Assembly (NCBI GenBank): GCA_963716175.1
Contig: OY970296.1
Location: 2,144,001 to 2,208,000 of the forward strand
DNA: 64,000 nt
Direction of reading: 5' to 3'
DNA from: an uncultured Armatimonadetes bacterium
Lineage (GTDB): Bacteria > Armatimonadota > Hebobacteria > Hebobacterales > Hebobacteraceae
Shown: piece by piece, positions 39,793 to 49,070 of the stretch
Layout: every line of letters begins with the position of its first letter
Position numbering within the stretch: the first letter of the stretch is position 1
Notes under the pieces: model-generated
What the model was told of the DNA's origin: nothing
Database searches by the model: none
Seen by the model: the letters and a program-made list of their open reading frames with translations, nothing else
Position numbers and translations under genes: made by a program

Positions 39793-40847
39793 TAGCCCCG
39801 GGACGAGTGGAGAGCGTGCTGGTGGTGAAGCTGAGCTCCATCGGCGATGTGGTGCAGTCGCTGCCGGTGCTGGCCGCGCTGCGCCGCCGGTTCCCGCAGG
39901 CCTACCTCGCCTGGGCAGTCAAGCCAGCGGCGGCCGATGTGCTGGTAGAGAGCCCGCATCTGAGCGAGACCTTGATCCTGGGAGGCGAGGGAAGAGAGGG
40001 GCCAGGCGTGCGCTCTCTTCCCCCGCTGACCGCGCCAATCCAGCTGGCTCGCGCCCTGCGCCAGCACAAGTTCGACCTCGCTCTTGATATGCAGGGACTG
40101 CTGAAGAGCGCGCTGGTGGCCTATCTCAGCGGAGCACGGGAACGTATCGGGTTCCACAATCGCCAGGAGGGCGCGTTCCTCCTTAACAACCGGAGCATCG
40201 TGCCGGACCGGCGGGATGTTCACGCGGTGCAAGCCTACCTTGGGTTCGCGGAGGTGGTGGGCGCGCCGGCCGAGCCCCTGGATTTCACCATCGCCACCAG
40301 CGAGGCCAATCGCCGGGTGGTGGACGGTCTGCTGAGGGAAGATGAGAACGTAGTGGCGCTGATCCCGGGCGCGCGGTGGCTGTCGAAGCGCTGGCCGGCA
40401 GCGCGATTCGCGGCCGTGGCCGATGCGCTCGGGGCCGAGTTGGGGTGCACCAGTGTGGTGATAGGAGGGGCCGGCGACCGCCCGTTGGCGGCCGAGATCA
40501 AAGCCCTGGCGCGTTCCGCGGTCTCGGACTTCACCGGGCAGACCACGCTGAAGCAACTGGCCGAGCTGTTCCGCCGCTGCCGGGCAGTGATCTCGAACGA
40601 GACCGGGCCCATGTACATCTCGGCTGCGGTGGGCGCCCCCACGGTTGCGATCTTTGGGCCCACTGATCCACGCCGGCTTGGGCCCTATGGAGAAGGCCAC
40701 GCCAGGGTGACAGCCGATGTGCCTTGCACGCCATGCCGGCGCCGGCGCTGTCGGCCGCTGAAGTGCATGGAAGCCATTGATGCTGAGCAAGTGGTAGCGG
40801 CTGCGCGAAGCGTGCTGCGCCCTGCGGTGGTCGGAGGTGGAGGGTGA
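39789..40847 (+). CDS. GT9 heptosyltransferase (WaaC/WaaF-like)
   Basis: VKLSSIGDVV, D.QGL.KS, KRWP, GPM...A, FGPT.P. Confidence 0.9.
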   Translation: MIAPGRVESVLVVKLSSIGDVVQSLPVLAALRRRFPQAYLAWAVKPAAADVLVESPHLSETLILGGEGREGPGVRSLPPLTAPIQLARALRQHKFDLALDMQGLLKSALVAYLSGARERIGFHNRQEGAFLLNNRSIVPDRRDVHAVQAYLGFAEVVGAPAEPLDFTIATSEANRRVVDGLLREDENVVALIPGARWLSKRWPAARFAAVADALGAELGCTSVVIGGAGDRPLAAEIKALARSAVSDFTGQTTLKQLAELFRRCRAVISNETGPMYISAAVGAPTVAIFGPTDPRRLGPYGEGHARVTADVPCTPCRRRRCRPLKCMEAIDAEQVVAAARSVLRPAVVGGGG

Positions 40848-43003
40848 GCGGAGATCAGCCCAGGTCCGGCCTGACCATCCTCCAGGTGCTGTCGTGGCTG
40901 AACTACGGCGGTGTTGAGAGGTACAGCATGCGGCTGGCCCGCGCTCTGCAGGAGCGAGGCCATCGTGTCCTGATCGCCTCCAGTGGGGGCCAGTTGGTGC
41001 CCGAACTGGAGGCCTACGGGATCGAGCACCGCGAAGTGGATTTCACGGGCTGGCGCACTCTCAGCGGTATGCTCGCTCTGCGCCGCCTGCTGGAGCGGGA
41101 GCAGGTGGACCTGGTGAACGCGCACAACTGGCGCGCGGGCATGGTGGCCTCTCTCGCCTGCGGTCTGGCCGGGGTGCCATATGTGCTGACCGTTCACGGC
41201 AGCCGCAGGCCAGTCCATCGTCACGGGGTCTTCTACTGGAGCAAGCGCGTAGTGGTGGTCAGCGAGGCCAGCAAGCGCAATCTCGTATCCGGCTTCGGGC
41301 TGCCCGATGAGCGCGTGTTGCGCAGCATCGTCGGCGTGGAGTGCGATCGCTTCCATCCCGGGCCTGCGGGGGCGGCGCTGGAGGCGGAGTTGGGCCTGCG
41401 GCCGGGCGCGCCGCGAGTGGTGCACGTCAGCCGTTTCAGCCACAGCAAGGCGCCAGTGGCGCTGGCTCTGATCCGGGCCATGGAGACATTGAGCCAGCAA
41501 TGCCCCGGCCTCGAACTGGTGTTGGTCGGACAAGGACCGGAGGAGGCGGCGGTGGCGCGGGAGGCGGAGGCAATGAACCAGCGCCTGGGGCGTCGCGCGG
41601 TCTTCGCCCTGGGCGGGCGCTCCGATATCCCGCAGGTGCTCCGTCTCGCGGCTGTTGTGGTGGCCACCGCCAGCGTCGCCCTGGAGGCGATGGCCTCCGG
41701 CAAGCCCTTGGTGGCAGCGGGAAAGTGCGGCTACGTCGGCCCCGTCACACCCGAGAACCTGCCACAGGCGGAGGCTACCTGCTTCGGGGATCATGCCGCC
41801 GCCGAGGCGACCACGCCGGAGGGGCTCTCCCGCGATCTCGCGGCCCTGCTCGGCAGCAGCAGCGAACGCGCGCGGCTGGGGAGCTTCGGGCGACAGGCCG
41901 CGGAGTCGCAGTACGGCCTGTCACGACTCGGCGAAGAGGTCGAGGGCATCTACCGACAGGCGCTCTGCGAGCGCAGCCAGATCGGGCGCATCCTGGTTTT
42001 CCACCTCAACCAGATCGGCGACCTGATGTTCACACTGCCCGCGCTCAAGGCCCTGCGCGAGGCCTTCCCGCGGGCGCAGATCACGAGCGTGCTGAGGCCT
42101 CACCTCGCCGGCCTGATCTCACACAGCGGCCTGGTGGATGACATCATCCCCAGGCCGCCGGGCGGACCTTCGCCCACCGTCTCCCTGGCGCGGCGGCTGC
42201 GGCGCCTGCGCCCCGACCTGGCCATCGCCTTCTCGCAATCGGCGACCATGGCCTGGTGCGCCTGGGTATCGGCCGCAGCCCATCGCGTGGGCTACGTGGA
42301 TTCCGATCTCTCGCGCCTGCTCAATCACCGGGTGCAGGTGCGAGGCATCCCCTGTCCGGCGAAGGTCATGCGCCTGGTGCGGAGTCTCGGCCTGGCGCCG
42401 GGGAAGTGGGACTACCTGGGCCTGGTTCGGCTATCGCCCGAGGACGATGCCGATGGCGCGCGGCTGCTGTCGGAATCGGAGCTGGCGGGGCGAGGCCCGT
42501 TGATCGCGCTGGCACCAGGCGAATCCAGCGATCGCGCCTACAAGTCTTGGAGCACGCCGGGGTTCACCCGTCTGGCGTCGGCGCTGGCGCGAGAGTATGA
42601 GGCGCGACTGGTAGTGGTAGGCGGAGAGAGAGACCGCGCGCTGGGGGATGAGATCATCGCGGGTGCGGGCGTGAGCGCGGCCAATCTCGCCGGGCGCACC
42701 AGCCCGAGTCAGTTGGCCGCACTGCTGGCGCGATGCGATCTGCTCATCGGCATTGACTCGGGGCCCATGCACGTGGCCGCAGCCATGGGACGCCCGGTGG
42801 TGGGCCTGTTCGGGCCCACGTCCCCAGGGCGGACCGGCCCGCTCGGCGAGGGTCATCAAGTGGTGTTCCATCGCCAGCCCTGCTGGCCCTGCATGAGCCC
42901 CACCTGTGTGGACCGGCCGTGCATGTCCAGCATCACGGTTGATGAGGTGCTGGCAGCCGTCCGCCAAGTGCTGGCGCGGCCGGCGCCGGTGGTCGGCAGT
43001 TGA
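40844..43003 (+). CDS. GT4-GT9 fusion glycosyltransferase
   Basis: N-half GGVE, EAMASGKP; C-half QIGDL, DSGPMHVAAA, LFGPT; single 719-aa frame. Confidence 0.8.
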   Translation: MSGDQPRSGLTILQVLSWLNYGGVERYSMRLARALQERGHRVLIASSGGQLVPELEAYGIEHREVDFTGWRTLSGMLALRRLLEREQVDLVNAHNWRAGMVASLACGLAGVPYVLTVHGSRRPVHRHGVFYWSKRVVVVSEASKRNLVSGFGLPDERVLRSIVGVECDRFHPGPAGAALEAELGLRPGAPRVVHVSRFSHSKAPVALALIRAMETLSQQCPGLELVLVGQGPEEAAVAREAEAMNQRLGRRAVFALGGRSDIPQVLRLAAVVVATASVALEAMASGKPLVAAGKCGYVGPVTPENLPQAEATCFGDHAAAEATTPEGLSRDLAALLGSSSERARLGSFGRQAAESQYGLSRLGEEVEGIYRQALCERSQIGRILVFHLNQIGDLMFTLPALKALREAFPRAQITSVLRPHLAGLISHSGLVDDIIPRPPGGPSPTVSLARRLRRLRPDLAIAFSQSATMAWCAWVSAAAHRVGYVDSDLSRLLNHRVQVRGIPCPAKVMRLVRSLGLAPGKWDYLGLVRLSPEDDADGARLLSESELAGRGPLIALAPGESSDRAYKSWSTPGFTRLASALAREYEARLVVVGGERDRALGDEIIAGAGVSAANLAGRTSPSQLAALLARCDLLIGIDSGPMHVAAAMGRPVVGLFGPTSPGRTGPLGEGHQVVFHRQPCWPCMSPTCVDRPCMSSITVDEVLAAVRQVLARPAPVVGS

Positions 43004-43006
43004 GCG

Positions 43007-44074
43007 ATGCCATTCACGGTGCACATTGACGCCAATCGTGGCTGGGGAGGGGGACAGGCGCAGTCGCTGGGGCTGGCCGTGGCCCTGGCGGAGCGGGGAG
43101 AGAACACCTACTTCATCACCCAGACAGACAGTGCTCTCTCGGCGCGTCTGCAGTCCACGAATCTGCCCTGGGAGAGTCTGCACATGCGGGGCCTGCGAGC
43201 GGTGACGGCGGGAAGCTGGCTGCGGTTGGGGCGCCGCCTCCGCCAACTGCGGCCGGACATCCTCCATGCGCATGACGCGGCGGCCGAGGCCCCAGCAATC
43301 CTCGCCGCGAGAGGTTTGAGCAAGCCCCGTCCCCGGGTGGTCGTGACCCGGCGCACGGCACGCGCGCCGCACCGGGCGCTGCTGTGGTGCGACCGGGTGA
43401 TCTGCGTCTCCCAGGCAGTGCGGCAGCGATGTCTGGCCGCAGGGATCGCAGCAGAGCGGCTGGCGGTAGTACCGGATTTCGTGGACTGCCAGCGCTTCGA
43501 CCCCGGGCTGGCTGCCGCCAGGGATGACCCGCGGCCGACGATACTGGCGGTCGGCCGGCTGACCTCCGAAAAGGGACACGCGGTGCTGCTGAGCGCCATG
43601 CCGCGGGTGCTGCAGGGCCTGCCAGAGGCGCGGCTGGTGATCTGCGGCCAGGGGCCAGAGCAGAGGTCGCTGAGCAATCGAGCGGAGGCCGAGGGCATCG
43701 CCAGTCGGGTGGAGTTCGCGGGGTTCGTGCCGGACGTGCGCCAGCGGCTGGCCCAGGCCGACGTTCTCGTCATGCCCTCGCTCTCCGAAGGTCTCGGGGT
43801 GGCGGTGCTGGAGGCGATGGCCATGGGCAAGCCGGTGGTGGCCAGCAACGCTGGCGGGCTGCCGGAAGCGGTGGCCGACGGAGAGACCGGTCTGCTGGTC
43901 CCGCCTGGCAATGCCGAGGCGCTGGCCGGGGCCTTGCTGGCCCTGCTCGAGGATCCGGACCGAGCCCAGGCCATGGGCAAGGCAGGTCGGCGCCGGGCAC
44001 TGGATCATTTCGACCGGCGCGTGGTAGTAGATCGCATGCTCTCGCTCTATCGCGAGGTGCTGTCGGGAGTTTGA
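43007..44074 (+). CDS. GT4 glycosyltransferase
   Basis: W.GGQ.Q, GRL..EKG, EGLG...LEAMA.G.PVV. Confidence 0.9.
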   Translation: MPFTVHIDANRGWGGGQAQSLGLAVALAERGENTYFITQTDSALSARLQSTNLPWESLHMRGLRAVTAGSWLRLGRRLRQLRPDILHAHDAAAEAPAILAARGLSKPRPRVVVTRRTARAPHRALLWCDRVICVSQAVRQRCLAAGIAAERLAVVPDFVDCQRFDPGLAAARDDPRPTILAVGRLTSEKGHAVLLSAMPRVLQGLPEARLVICGQGPEQRSLSNRAEAEGIASRVEFAGFVPDVRQRLAQADVLVMPSLSEGLGVAVLEAMAMGKPVVASNAGGLPEAVADGETGLLVPPGNAEALAGALLALLEDPDRAQAMGKAGRRRALDHFDRRVVVDRMLSLYREVLSGV

Positions 44075-44078
44075 TGCG

Positions 44079-44870
44079 ATGGGCCTCTCTGCCATTGTCA
44101 CCACCTACAATGAGGCGGAGTGCGTGGGGGAATGCCTGGCGCGACTTGCGTTCGCCGAGGAAGTGCTGGTGGTTGACTCGTTCAGCACCGACAGCACGCC
44201 CGTGATCGCAGCGCAGCATGGCGCCCGCGTGCTCCAGCACGAGTACCTGTCACCGGCTGCGCAGAAGAACTGGGCGATCCCCAAGGTGCGACACGACTGG
44301 GTGCTGATAGTGGATGCGGACGAACTGGTGACACCGGAGCTGGCCGCGGAGATCAAGCGCGTGATCAGCAGCCCGGAGGCGCGCGACGGGTATGAGATCA
44401 AGCGTCGCAACTTCTTCCTGGGGCACGAGATCCGCTACTCGGGCTGGCAGAACGACTGGGTGCTGCGGCTCTTCCGGAGAGATCGTGGGCGCTACCTGGA
44501 GCGGCGGATTCACGAGCAGCTAGTGGTGGACGGGTCGGTGGGGAGGTTGAGGGGACGGCTGCTCCATCACTCCTACCGCTCTCTCGACGATTACTGGCGC
44601 AAGCTTCGCCGCTATGCCGACTGGAACGCGGCTGAGGCGCGCCGGCGAGGAGCGCGAGTTGGGCCGGCTCGCTTGATGCTTCACCCGCCCCTGCGCTTCC
44701 TCAAGTCCTACCTGCTGCAAGGCGGCATTCTCGATGGAGTTCCCGGCCTGGTGGTCTCGGTCCTGACCGCGGTTTACGCGGCGGCCAAGGATAGCCGCAT
44801 CTGGGAAGACCAATGTAGGGCGCGCAGGGCCGCCTCCGGCGCCAAAGCAGACAGAGACGGCTTGCCATGA
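44079..44870 (+). CDS. GT2 glycosyltransferase (KdtX/WaaE-like)
   Basis: VVDSFSTD, QKN, VDADE, RLF, HE, G.LDG. Confidence 0.88.
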   Translation: MGLSAIVTTYNEAECVGECLARLAFAEEVLVVDSFSTDSTPVIAAQHGARVLQHEYLSPAAQKNWAIPKVRHDWVLIVDADELVTPELAAEIKRVISSPEARDGYEIKRRNFFLGHEIRYSGWQNDWVLRLFRRDRGRYLERRIHEQLVVDGSVGRLRGRLLHHSYRSLDDYWRKLRRYADWNAAEARRRGARVGPARLMLHPPLRFLKSYLLQGGILDGVPGLVVSVLTAVYAAAKDSRIWEDQCRARRAASGAKADRDGLP

Positions 44871-45766
44871 GCCAGGACCGCCCCGACCTCTCAGCCATCG
44901 TCGTCAACTGGAACGGCGGGGAGATGCTGCTTCGATGCCTGCAGTCGCTGCTGGCCGCCGCCCAGGGCATGAGCGCAGGGATCTGGCTGGTGGACAACGC
45001 CTCCGGGGACGGATCGGCGGAGCGCGCCATCCAGACCTATCCGGAGGTGCGCCTGATCCGAAACGACGGGAACCTGGGGTTCGCGCGGGCGGCGAATCAG
45101 GCGCTGGCGCAGGCCGCGGGCGCGTATCTGCTCCTGCTCAACCCGGATGTGCAGATCGGCCGGGAGGCGCTGACGCGCATGCTCGAGGTGATGCGAGGCG
45201 ACTCCCGGATTGGCATTGCCGGCTGCCCGAGCGTGGATGGGCAGGGCCGGCGCGTTCCCGGCTATGAGTTGTCGTTCCCGGGCCAGCGTAGAGCAGCCGT
45301 ATCACAGAGCGAGGGCGAGGTGCAGGAGGTGGCCTGGGTATCGGGCGCCTGCCTGCTGGCCAGGAGGGCGATGGCACAGGCGATCGGCTTCCTCGATCCT
45401 GGATTCTTCATGTACTACGAGGATGTAGACTGGTGCTATCGGGCGCGCGCTGCGGGCTGGCGAGTGGTCACCATCCCTGCGGCCCTGGTGCGACACGAGC
45501 TAGGGAGCAGCTCGGCCCAGGCACCGGCGGCGCGAGCGGCGCAGTGGGCCGCCGGGTCGCGCCTCCGCTTCTACCAGAAGCACTACTCACGCCGGCGCGC
45601 CCGGTGGCTGCAGGTTCGCCTCCAGGCCTCGGCCCTGGCGCACGTGCTCTGGCGGCTGCTCCCCTCTGCCTTCAGCCAGGCGATGAGGGCGGAGCTGCGA
45701 AAGGAACTGGCCTACCTGAGGGCCGCCGTCGGTAGTCATATCGAGGGCAATGAGGGCAAGCGATGA
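44867..45766 (+). CDS. GT2 glycosyltransferase (WbbL/RfbF-like)
   Basis: VDNASGDGS, N.GFA.A.N, LLNPD, GACLL, FFMYYEDVD. Confidence 0.88.
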   Translation: MSQDRPDLSAIVVNWNGGEMLLRCLQSLLAAAQGMSAGIWLVDNASGDGSAERAIQTYPEVRLIRNDGNLGFARAANQALAQAAGAYLLLLNPDVQIGREALTRMLEVMRGDSRIGIAGCPSVDGQGRRVPGYELSFPGQRRAAVSQSEGEVQEVAWVSGACLLARRAMAQAIGFLDPGFFMYYEDVDWCYRARAAGWRVVTIPAALVRHELGSSSAQAPAARAAQWAAGSRLRFYQKHYSRRRARWLQVRLQASALAHVLWRLLPSAFSQAMRAELRKELAYLRAAVGSHIEGNEGKR

Positions 45767-46275
45767 GCGAGCACGGATTCACACCCACCACCGCCAAGAT
45801 CGTCTCCTTGGAGGAGGCGGTCCAGCGCGCCGCGGCCTGGCGTGAGGCGGGCAAGACCATCGCCTACACTAATGGCTGCTTCGACCTCATCCACGCGGGG
45901 CATGTGCGCACTCTGGAGTCGGCCCGCCGGCTGGCCGATATCTTGATCGTCGGCCTCAACAGCGACGACTCCGCGCGTCAGCTCAAGGGGCCGGGCCGCC
46001 CCATCCTCCCCGCGCAGCAGCGAGCCGAGGTGCTGGCCGCCTTCGCCTGTGTGGACCTGGTGGTGATCTTCCCCGAGCTGAGTTCCCTGGCGACGATCCA
46101 GGCCCTCAGGCCCGACGTCTGGGTGAAGGGGGGCGACTATCGCCTGGACACCGTGCACCAGGAGGAGCGGGCCTACGTCGAGAGCTATGGGGGACGGGTA
46201 GCCCTGGGCGAGCCCGTCCCGGGGGCCTCGACCAGCGAGATCATCGCCCGCACCAAGCGACTGCCCAGCGCTTGA
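45763..46275 (+). CDS. rfaE2: D-glycero-beta-D-manno-heptose 1-phosphate adenylyltransferase (RfaE domain II)
   Basis: TNGCFDLIHAGH, GLNSD, KG..RP, KGGDY, STS.II. Confidence 0.9.
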   Translation: MSEHGFTPTTAKIVSLEEAVQRAAAWREAGKTIAYTNGCFDLIHAGHVRTLESARRLADILIVGLNSDDSARQLKGPGRPILPAQQRAEVLAAFACVDLVVIFPELSSLATIQALRPDVWVKGGDYRLDTVHQEERAYVESYGGRVALGEPVPGASTSEIIARTKRLPSA

Positions 46276-46278
46276 GGC

Positions 46279-46761
46279 CTACCAGTTCCCCAGATTCTGA
46301 AGCGCGGTGACCACCGTGTGGTAAGTGCGGAACTTCAGCAGCTCCTGGCCCATGAAGCTGTTGAGCAGTGCGGTGGCGTCCTGGCCTTCGCCGTAGCCGA
46401 GGAGCAGCATTCTCAGGAAGATGTGAGCTACCATCAGGCCGGAGGCAAGCCCCAGGATCGCTCCCACCAGGGGATCGAGCACGTCCAGGGAGAGCAGCAT
46501 GCTCTCATAGATGAGCTTCGAGGCGATCACGGTGAGAACGGCGAGCACCAGAAACACCGCCACCAGCCAGAAGGCCTCGTTGCTCCCGGGCGCGGCGAGC
46601 ACAGGGACGGCCTCGGATAAGGGGAGGGCAAGCAAGCCAGCGACCTTGAGCGAGATGATGGCTCCCAGCATGTCGAACAAAGCGCGGCCGAAGCCTCTCT
46701 GGCTCTCCAGCCAGGATATGCCAACGATCAGCACGATGGCAGCAGCATCAGACCAGATCAT
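46279..46761 (-). CDS. CvpA-like membrane protein
   Basis: D......I...W....RGF pattern, D..VGAILG, 4 TM helices. Confidence 0.6.
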   Translation of the reverse strand: MIWSDAAAIVLIVGISWLESQRGFGRALFDMLGAIISLKVAGLLALPLSEAVPVLAAPGSNEAFWLVAVFLVLAVLTVIASKLIYESMLLSLDVLDPLVGAILGLASGLMVAHIFLRMLLLGYGEGQDATALLNSFMGQELLKFRTYHTVVTALQNLGNW

Positions 46762-46767
46762 GGCGGC

Positions 46768-47688
46768 TCACCCCTTGCCCACCGGACGCGCGATCGCAAC
46801 CGAGGCGTAACCGACCACCGCGCTGCGATCCCCAATGACATCACCGGAGGTGTAGTAGCGGAGCAGCTGGGCCTCAAGCTTTCTCCCCTCGGCCAAGCCA
46901 GCATCCTGGCGCAACCGCGCCTGGCAGAACAGAAGAGCAATGGCCACCGGGACCGGGCCGCACATGGAGATGCTGAGTTCGGCCACCGTCCGTAGCAGTT
47001 GCTCGGGGTTGACGGCGAGGACGGCATCCAGGGCGAGGCGATCCAGGCGCTCGGCTTCCACCTGTGGCATCTGATGGGAGAGATCCGTGCTGGCGACCAC
47101 TACGCCCCGGCGAGCAGCCAAGGCTTCGGCCAGCGCCTGGCCTATCTCGGCCGCGTCCGCGAGAAGCTGGTCCGAGGCCGACAGGGGATGGGACCGGACG
47201 CAGATCGGGCAGATGCTCGGCATTCGCTCACCATAGATGAACTGCAGGAACGGGACTTGGACCTCCAGCGAGTGCTCGAGACGATGTGCGCGTTCGTCGG
47301 CTACGAGCAAGCGGCACCGCTCCAGCAGCTCCCGGCCGAGGTCCTCATCAAGTTGCACCTCGCCCAGTGGAGTGCGCCAGGCGGAGGCGGGGGAGAGAGC
47401 CGCGCGCCGATCGGTGGCATAGTGGCTGGGGCCCAGGATGATGACTGTGTCAGGCACGCCATCGGCGGCCAGCGCGTGGAAGCTATGGGCGGCGGCCGGG
47501 CCCGAGTACATATACCCGGCATGAGGGCTGACCACCGCGGCGATGCGCCCCGGGCCGTCGGCCGCGGCGCGAGGTAGTGAGCCAGGCCCCAGGGGATGCA
47601 GGAAGCACTGACGCAGCGAGGCGATCAGCCGTTCGGGATCGCGGTCGTAGAAGCGTCCCGCCACCGCGGGCTCTCTCACACCAGGCAT
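46768..47688 (-). CDS. amrB: AmmeMemoRadiSam protein B (MEMO1 family)
   Basis: PAVAGRFY, PHAGY.YSG, GP.H, TPLG, EHSLEVQ.PF, STD.SH, MCG, VVGY. Confidence 0.92.
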   Translation of the reverse strand: MPGVREPAVAGRFYDRDPERLIASLRQCFLHPLGPGSLPRAAADGPGRIAAVVSPHAGYMYSGPAAAHSFHALAADGVPDTVIILGPSHYATDRRAALSPASAWRTPLGEVQLDEDLGRELLERCRLLVADERAHRLEHSLEVQVPFLQFIYGERMPSICPICVRSHPLSASDQLLADAAEIGQALAEALAARRGVVVASTDLSHQMPQVEAERLDRLALDAVLAVNPEQLLRTVAELSISMCGPVPVAIALLFCQARLRQDAGLAEGRKLEAQLLRYYTSGDVIGDRSAVVGYASVAIARPVGKG

Positions 47689-47801
47689 CCCGCTCTCCCT
47701 CCCTACCCCTCAGCTCTCCGTTGCGCCGCGGTTGACTTCCCGTCTGCTTTCATGCTACGGTGGCTGCGCCGACTTGCGCCAACCGCGAGCGGCGAGCCGC
47801 T

Positions 47802-48944
47802 ATGCGCATCGCGCTCTTCACCGAGTGCTACCATCCAATCGTCAACGGAGTTGTAGTCTCGGTAGCCACCTTCACCAAAGAGCTTCGGAAACAGGGCCAC
47901 GAGGTGCACATCTATGCCCCCGCCTACCCCGGTTACCGGGACCTGGACGGCTACGTGCACCGCCTGCCCTCGCTCAGCCTGCCCACCCGTCCCCGCTACC
48001 CGCTGACTATCCCTTTCGGCAGCCTACTCCGGCGGCGCGAGATGGCGGCCTACCCGCCGGATATCGTGCATGCCCAGCACCCCTTCGTGAGCGGCCGGGA
48101 GGCGCGCCGACTGGCCCGACGCCTGGGGCGCCCGCTGCTACTTACATACCATACTCTCATCCGCGCCTACGCCCATTACGTGCCCCTGCCCCGGCCGTGG
48201 GTGCAGGCGGCGGCGGTCTGGGTGAGCCGCGAGTTCTCCAATTCAACCGATTGCGTGGTCGTCCCTACCCGGGGTGTGGGGGAGATCCTGCGCTCCTATG
48301 GCGTGCGGCGCCCGATCGAGGTGATCCCCACAGGCATTGATCTGGACCTGATAGACAGCAGCGTGCGGCGGCCGGCGCGCCCCCGTTTTGGCATCCCGGA
48401 GGCCGTGCCCGTGATTGCCTACGCCGGCCGGATTGCCAGAGAGAAAACCCTGGAGCTGCTGATCCAGGCCTTCGCCCTGATCGCCGACCGGTTCGCGGAG
48501 GCCTATCTGCTGCTCATCGGTGGCGGCCCGTGGTATGGGCAGTGCCGGGATCTGGTGGACTCACTGGGGCTGGAGGAGCGCGTGCGCTTCACCGGCTACC
48601 TTCCCCGCACCGAGGTGTTTGACTGCCTGGCCGAGTCGCAGGTGTTCGCTTTCCCCTCGCTCACTGACACCCAAGGCGTGGCCGTGCTGGAGGCGATGGC
48701 CCTGGGCTGCGCGGCGGTGGCGGTGCGTTCGGGCGCGGTGGAGGATGTGATCAGGGACGGGACAGATGGGCTGCTGGTGGCGCCCACGAGGGAGGGGTTG
48801 GCGGAAGCCCTGGCCGCGGTGCTGGGGTCGGAGGATTTGCGCCGGAGGCTGGCAGGGCAAGCTCGCGCCCGCGCCGAAGAGTTCAGGGCGGGCCGGATGG
48901 CGGAGCGACTGGCCCGGCTCTACGCGAAGCTGATGAGCGGCTGA
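47802..48944 (+). CDS. GT4 glycosyltransferase (diacylglycerol glucosyltransferase-like)
   Basis: MRIALFTE.Y.P..NGV, TYHT, GR...EK, TQG...LEAMA. Confidence 0.88.
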   Translation: MRIALFTECYHPIVNGVVVSVATFTKELRKQGHEVHIYAPAYPGYRDLDGYVHRLPSLSLPTRPRYPLTIPFGSLLRRREMAAYPPDIVHAQHPFVSGREARRLARRLGRPLLLTYHTLIRAYAHYVPLPRPWVQAAAVWVSREFSNSTDCVVVPTRGVGEILRSYGVRRPIEVIPTGIDLDLIDSSVRRPARPRFGIPEAVPVIAYAGRIAREKTLELLIQAFALIADRFAEAYLLLIGGGPWYGQCRDLVDSLGLEERVRFTGYLPRTEVFDCLAESQVFAFPSLTDTQGVAVLEAMALGCAAVAVRSGAVEDVIRDGTDGLLVAPTREGLAEALAAVLGSEDLRRRLAGQARARAEEFRAGRMAERLARLYAKLMSG

Positions 48945-48954
48945 GCGAACTCTC

Positions 48955-48976
48955 AAGCGGTCCGTGGGGACCGCTT
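48955..48976 (+). terminator. Putative terminator hairpin
   Basis: AAGCGGTCC-GTGG-GGACCGCTT followed by a weak T tract. Confidence 0.4.
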
Positions 48977-49070
48977 ATTCTGTGAGGCCCTGTCAGAGCG
49001 CGTCGGCGCCAGCGTCTGGTATCTGGTGGCCGCACGCGCTCGGCAGCGCTTCCATGGAGGCAGAGCGGCA

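Noticed and set aside
48945-49070. glmS ribozyme upstream of glmS
   Set aside because: The conserved AGCGCC...GACGAGG core was not found; only generic hairpins.
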